Of a stretch of DNA of 11,771 bases, positions 8,901 through 11,771 are shown one piece after another (the stretch's first letter is position 1; each line of letters starts with the position of its first letter). The DNA comes from a virus (taxonomy: Duplodnaviria; Heunggongvirae; Uroviricota; Caudoviricetes). The notes under the pieces are model-generated. The model was given only the letters and a program-made list of their open reading frames with translations. It ran no database searches and had not been told where the DNA came from. Location of the stretch: the IMG/VR virus record IMGVR_UViG_2526164631_000020; one strand, 5' to 3'. The position numbers and the translations under genes were made by a program.

Positions 8901-9347
8901 GCGACCCAAGTCAGAGGGGATTTCGTTAAAGCTGTATCCAAATCATTTCCGAAACAGGCTGGTACGTGGGGTAACACGGAAACACCAAACGGGACGGTTA
9001 CAGTCACCATCAGCGATGATCATAACTTTGACCGTCAAATCATTATTCCGCCCATTATCTTTAACGGAATAGCGTATAGCTATCCGGGAAGTGGTAATAA
9101 CCCGGGAGGTACAAGTTACACGGGTTATGGTTTTGAAGTTCGCAAAAACGGTGTATTAATCGCATCCAGAGAAACTAAAGGGGCCATTCCCGGTAGCTAC
9201 AGTGCGGTTATTGATATGCCGAGTGGCAGGGGAAGCGTCACTCTGGAGTTTAAGGTTTTCCATAAAGGCAATCAGTGGGCAGGTAATATCACCGACTGTA
9301 CGGTGATTGTGACCAAAAAAGCCGCTTCCGGCATCAGTATTCGTTGA
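5934..9347 (+). CDS. J: Central tail fibre / host specificity protein gpJ
   Basis: 1137-aa ORF (lambda J is 1132 aa as recalled) with SD GGAG at 5922-5925. The N-terminal ~1000 aa look lambda J-like ([35 protein letters not shown]…). The C-terminal ~150 aa are the expected receptor-binding region. Confidence 0.9.
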   Translation: MGKGSSKGHTPREAKDNLKSTQLLSVIDAISEGPIDGPVDGLKSVLLNSTPVLDSEGNTNISGVTVVFRAGEQEQTPPEGFESSGSETVLGTEVKYDTPITRTITSANIDRLRFTFGVQALVETTSKGDRNPSEVRLLVQIQRNGGWVTEKDITIKGKTTSQYLASVVVGNLPPRPFNIRMRRMTPDSTTDQLQNKTLWSSYTEIIDVKQCYPNTALVGVQVDSEQFGSQQVSRNYHLRGRILQVPSNYNPQTRQYSGIWDGTLKPAYSNNMAWCLWDMLTHPRYGMGKRLGAADVDKWALYVIGQYCDQAVPDGFGGTEPRITCNAYLTTQRKAWDVLSDFCSAMRCMPVWNGQTLTFVQDRPSDKVWTYNRSNVVMPDDGAPFRYSFSALKDRHNAVEVNWIDPNNGWETATELVEDTQAIARYGRNVTKMDAFGCTSRGQAHRAGLWLIKTELLETQTVDFCVGAEGLRHVPGDVIEICDDDYAGISTGGRVLAVNSQTRTLTLDREITLPSSGTTLISLVDGSGNPVSVEVQSVTDGVKVKVSRVPDGVAEYSVWGLKLPTLRQRLFRCVSVRENDDGTYAVTAVQHVPEKEAIVDNGAHFDGDQSGTVNGVTPPAVQHLTAEVTADSGEYQVLARWDTPKVVKGVSFLLRLTVTADDGSERLVSTARTTETTYRFTQLALGRYTLTVRAVNAWGQQGDPASVSFRIAAPAAPVTIELIPGYFQITAVPKLAVYDPTVQFEFWFSEKRIIDIRQVETSARYLGTALYWIAASSNIKPGYDYYFYIRSVNTVGKSAFVEAVGRASDDAEGYLNFYKGLINKTHLGKELLENFELTEDNASKLEEFSKEWKDANDKWNAMWGVKIEQTKDGKHYVAGIGLSMEDAEEGKLSQFLVAANRIAFIDPANGNETPMFVAQGNQIFMNDVFLKRLTAPTITSGGNPPAFSLTPDGKLTAKNADISGSVNANAGTLNNVTVNENCTIKGMLEATQVRGDFVKAVSKSFPKQAGTWGNTETPNGTVTVTISDDHNFDRQIIIPPIIFNGIAYSYPGSGNNPGGTSYTGYGFEVRKNGVLIASRETKGAIPGSYSAVIDMPSGRGSVTLEFKVFHKGNQWAGNITDCTVIVTKKAASGISIR

Positions 9348-9365
9348 AATTGTTATAACCCATAT

Positions 9366-9393
9366 AAGGGCACCAGAAATGGTGCCTTTTTTA
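9366..9393 (+). terminator. Rho-independent terminator downstream of J
   Basis: GC-rich hairpin GGCACC (9369-9374), loop AGAAAT, GGTGCC (9381-9386), followed directly by TTTTTT (9387-9392). Lies 19 nt after the J stop. Confidence 0.65.
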
Positions 9394-9416
9394 TTGCAGA
9401 AAAGCGAGAGGTAATT

Positions 9417-10016
9417 ATGCGTAAAGTTTGTGCAGCCATTTTGTCCGCAGCCATCTGTCTGTCCGTATCCGGTGCGTCTGCATGGGCGTCTGAACATCAG
9501 TCCACACTGAGCGCGGGGTATCTTCATGCCCGGACGAACGCTCCCGGTAGCGATAATCTTAACGGGATTAACGTGAAATACCGTTATGAATTTACGGACA
9601 CGCTGGGGCTGGTGACGTCATTCAGCTATGCAGGAGACAAGAATCGCCAGCTTACCCGTTACAGCGATACCCGCTGGCATGAAGATTCCGTGCGTAACCG
9701 CTGGTTCAGCGTAATGGCGGGGCCGTCTGTGCGCGTGAATGAATGGTTCAGCGCGTATGCGATGGCGGGTGTGGCTTACAGCCGTGTGTCGACTTTCTCC
9801 GGGGATTATCTTCGCGTAACTGACAACAAGGGGAAAACGCACGATGTGCTGACCGGAAGTGATGACGGTCGCCACAGCGACACCTCTCTGGCGTGGGGAG
9901 CTGGCGTGCAGTTTAACCCGACCGAATCCGTGGCCATTGATATTGCTTATGAAGGTTCCGGCAGTGGTGACTGGCGCACTGACGGTTTCATCGTGGGTGT
10001 CGGTTATAAATTCTGA
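9417..10016 (+). CDS. lom: Lom-like outer membrane beta-barrel protein (Ail/Lom/PagC/OmpX family), lysogenic-conversion moron
   Basis: 199-aa ORF with SD GAGAGG at 9405-9410. N-terminal signal peptide ([24 protein letters not shown]). C-terminus …[24 protein letters not shown] is identical in character to the lambda Lom C-terminal beta-strand with terminal Phe; the N-terminal two-thirds are more divergent. Confidence 0.85.
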
Positions 10017-10042
10017 TTAGCCAGGTAACACAGTGTTATGAC

Positions 10043-10070
10043 AGCCCGCCGGTTCAGGCGGGCTTTTTTG
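10043..10070 (+). terminator. Rho-independent terminator downstream of lom
   Basis: Perfect 8-bp stem AGCCCGCC (10043-10050) / GGCGGGCT (10057-10064), loop GGTTCA, followed by a T6 run (10064-10069). Lies 27 nt after the lom stop. Confidence 0.75.
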
Positions 10071-10080
10071 TGGGGTGAAT

Positions 10081-11394
10081 ATGGCAGTAAAGATTTCAGG
10101 TGTACTGAAAGACGGCACAGGAAAACCGGTACAAAACTGCACCATTCAGCTAAAGGCCAGACGCAACAGCACCACGGTGGTGGTGAACACGGTGGCCTCA
10201 GAAAATCCGGATGAAGCCGGGCGTTACAGCATGGACGTTGAGTACGGACAGTACAGCGTCAGTCTGTTGGTGGAGGGATTTCCGCCGTCACACGCCGGGA
10301 TTATCACCGTGTATGAGGACTCAAAGCCGGGCACACTGAATGATTTCCTCGGTGCAATGACGGAGGATGATGTCCGGCCGGAGGCACTGCGCCGTTTTGA
10401 ACTGATGGTGGAAGAGGTGGCGCGTCACGCTGAGGAGGCGAAGAAGAATGCCGGAGAGGCGGAGACGTCAGCGAGGAATGCCGGCATATCAGCCAGTCAG
10501 GCAGAAGAGAGCGCTGCAAATGCTGACACTTCAGCAGGGGAGGCATCGGAGTCAGCCCGGCAGGCGGCAGAAAGTGCAGCCTCAGCAAAGCAGTCAGAGG
10601 ATGCGTCCTCGTCCTCGGCTTCTGCGGCCGCTCAAAAAGCCAGTGAGTCATCACAAAGTGCAGCAGAAGCTGAATTGTCAAGAAAGACGGCAGAAAGTGC
10701 AGCCGGTAATGCAGCCAGGGATGCAATGACCGCAACAGAAAAAGCCCGGGAGTCAGCAGAAAGCGCACAGTCAGCGGAACAAAGCAGGATAGCGGCGGAA
10801 GACGCCGTAAACCGAATCCCCACCGTGGTGGGACCTCCCGGGCCAAAGGGAGAACCGGGGCCCGCGGGTCCTCAGGGGCCGAAGGGAGATAAAGGAGAGC
10901 GTGGCGACACCGGTCCTGTCGGGGCAACCGGTGAGCGGGGACCGGCAGGTGATGCTGGTCCGGCAGGCCCGCAGGGGCCGAAAGGCGACAGGGGAGAGCG
11001 GGGAGAGACCGGTCTGACGGGAAATGCAGGTCCACAGGGTCCAAAGGGAGATACCGGTGCGGCAGGCCCGGCTGGCCCACAGGGACCGAAAGGAGAAACA
11101 GGTGCGGCTGGCCCGGTGGGGGCAACCGGACCTCAGGGACCGAAGGGCGACCCGGGGGAGACACAAATCCGTTTTCGTCTGGGGCCGGGAAACATTATTG
11201 AGACAAACAGCCATGGCTGGTTCCCGGATACAGATGGCGCACTCATCACCGGACTGACCTTTCTTGACCCCAAAGATGCCACACAGGTTCAGGGTTTTTT
11301 TCAGCATTTGCAGGTCAGGTTTGGTGACGGGCCGTGGCAGGATGTTAAGGGGCTGGATGAAGTGGGCAGTGATACAGGCAGAACAGGAGAATGA
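10081..11394 (+). CDS. stf: Side tail fibre protein with lambda Stf-like N-terminal anchor, Ala/Ser/Glu-rich low-complexity segment, collagen-like Gly-X-Y region and a ~76-aa C-terminal tip domain
   Basis: ATG at 10081 (the ORF track starts at GTG 10075). N-terminus [38 protein letters not shown]… matches the lambda Stf N-terminus as recalled. Contains 37 consecutive G-X-Y triplets. Stop TGA at 11392-11394. Confidence 0.85.
   Translation: MAVKISGVLKDGTGKPVQNCTIQLKARRNSTTVVVNTVASENPDEAGRYSMDVEYGQYSVSLLVEGFPPSHAGIITVYEDSKPGTLNDFLGAMTEDDVRPEALRRFELMVEEVARHAEEAKKNAGEAETSARNAGISASQAEESAANADTSAGEASESARQAAESAASAKQSEDASSSSASAAAQKASESSQSAAEAELSRKTAESAAGNAARDAMTATEKARESAESAQSAEQSRIAAEDAVNRIPTVVGPPGPKGEPGPAGPQGPKGDKGERGDTGPVGATGERGPAGDAGPAGPQGPKGDRGERGETGLTGNAGPQGPKGDTGAAGPAGPQGPKGETGAAGPVGATGPQGPKGDPGETQIRFRLGPGNIIETNSHGWFPDTDGALITGLTFLDPKDATQVQGFFQHLQVRFGDGPWQDVKGLDEVGSDTGRTGE
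10831..11163 (+). repeat. Collagen-like Gly-X-Y triplet repeat region inside stf (37 uninterrupted triplets, with GPQGPKG recurring five times)
   Basis: Translation [111 protein letters not shown]. The nucleotide sequence is GC-rich with imperfect internal repeats. Confidence 0.9.
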
Positions 11395-11395
11395 C

Positions 11396-11665
11396 ATGAA
11401 CGTACTAAAAAAACTTATGCAGCGTCTGTGCGGTTGCGGAAAGCATGATGACCGTGAACACGGGGAGTTACTTACAGCACAACTGCGTCTGGGGCCGGCA
11501 GACATTCTGGAGTCAGATGAGAATGGCATTATCCCGGAGCAGGCCAGGGTAATCACGCAGGTGGTGATACTGGATGCGGATAAAAAGCAGATACAGTGTG
11601 TGGTAAGACCGCTGCAAATCCTGCGTGCTGACGGGACGTGGGAAAATATTGGCGGGATGAAATAG
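11396..11665 (+). CDS. Hypothetical 89-aa protein, paralogue of the stf C-terminal domain
   Basis: ATG at 11396 with SD AGGAGA at 11385-11390, one base after the stf stop; TAG at 11663-11665. The segment LRLGPADILESDENGIIPEQARVITQVVILDADKKQIQCVVRPLQILRADGTWENIGG aligns with stf [60 protein letters not shown]. An identical 13-mer CGTCTGGGGCCGG occurs at 11176-11188 and 11486-11498. Confidence 0.6.
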   Translation: MNVLKKLMQRLCGCGKHDDREHGELLTAQLRLGPADILESDENGIIPEQARVITQVVILDADKKQIQCVVRPLQILRADGTWENIGGMK

Positions 11666-11771
11666 CCGACGAGTTCACAAAAACCGAACAGATCTGCCTG
11701 ATTGCCGAGGAAGAGCAACCGAAACTGATGGTAATTGACTCGATCCAGGTGATGCATATGGCGGATGTACC
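11632..11771 (+). pseudogene. radA: RadA/Sms-like recombinase gene fragment (internal RecA-like ATPase-domain segment, 5'-truncated; runs off the window end)
   Basis: Frame opens after TGA at 11629-11631 and reads RDVGKYWRDEIADEFTKTEQICLIAEEEQPKLMVIDSIQVMHMADV. The stretch EQICLIAEEEQPKLMVIDSIQVMHMADV (from about 11686) matches my recollection of an internal region of E. coli RadA/Sms (the hydrophobic-IDSIQ motif). The preceding residues do not resemble RadA and there is no N-terminal zinc-finger region. Confidence 0.45.

Noticed and set aside
6723-8909. 728-codon ORF on the minus strand, entirely inside J
   Set aside because: Its codons are in exact register with the J codons, so an antisense stop would require the sense codons TTA, CTA or TCA. 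These are rare codons avoided in this gene, so the long antisense ORF is a codon-usage artefact. It has a proline- and arginine-rich, low-complexity translation and no start context.
9339-9368. Possible sigma70 promoter for lom (TTGAAA at 9344-9349 with TATAAG at 9363-9368)
   Set aside because: The spacer between the candidate -35 and -10 is only 13 nt, and the element would lie upstream of the J terminator; not supportable from sequence alone.
9156-9527. 123-aa minus-strand ORF spanning the J end, the terminator and the lom start
   Set aside because: It overlaps two well-supported + strand genes and an intrinsic terminator, with no RBS; chance ORF.
10831-11163. Possible CRISPR array or other nucleotide tandem-repeat element in the repetitive region
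   Set aside because: The periodicity is 9 nt (Gly-X-Y codons) within an open reading frame, with no spacer-repeat structure of 25-40 nt; it is a collagen-like coding repeat.
11164-11665. Diversity-generating retroelement (template repeat next to a variable tail-fibre tip)
   Set aside because: The two related segments differ at many positions that are not adenine-specific in either direction, protein identity is only moderate, and there is no reverse transcriptase gene in the window.
11264-11665. 133-aa ORF from the track that overlaps the stf 3' end (possible +1 frameshift fusion of stf to the downstream domain)
   Set aside because: The overlapping 5' part translates to an Arg/Phe-rich, non-protein-like sequence with no slippery motif. 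The ATG at 11396 with SD AGGAGA is a much better independent start.
10304-11757. Minus-strand ORFs of 286 and 328 codons across stf and the small ORF
   Set aside because: They are generated by the GC-rich Gly-X-Y repeat (the reverse complement of GGN-CCN-rich sequence has few stops); the translations are Pro/Leu/Arg-rich, and the sense-strand genes explain the region.
1-11771. Hidden defence system or toxin-antitoxin cargo between tail genes
   Set aside because: All intergenic gaps are 70 nt or less and every ORF of meaningful size on the + strand is accounted for by a conserved tail gene, lom, stf, the small paralogue or the RadA-like fragment; no candidate genes remain.

Overview
This window is the tail-morphogenesis module of a lambda-like (lambdoid) siphovirus or prophage, all on the + strand in the canonical lambda order: 3' end of V, then G, G-T (programmed -1 frameshift), H (tape measure), M, L, K, I, J, the lom moron, and a collagen-repeat side tail fibre (stf). 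Genes are tightly packed with overlapping stops and starts, so there is no room for a hidden multi-gene system, and I do not see a novel defence or similar system here. The points worth a second look are: (1) the tape-measure gene H is broken into two reading frames by what look like two single-base insertions about 33 nt apart, and it lacks an ATG at the position a strong Shine-Dalgarno points to; (2) the stf gene is short, has no tfa chaperone gene downstream, and is followed by a 90-aa ORF that is a paralogue of the stf C-terminal domain; (3) the last ~90 nt read as an internal segment of a RadA/Sms-like recombinase that begins abruptly, suggesting a prophage/host junction or a deletion scar. 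Product calls rest on recalled similarity to phage lambda proteins and on motifs read directly from the six-frame translations; no alignments or database searches were run. Long antisense ORFs are codon-bias artefacts and were rejected.
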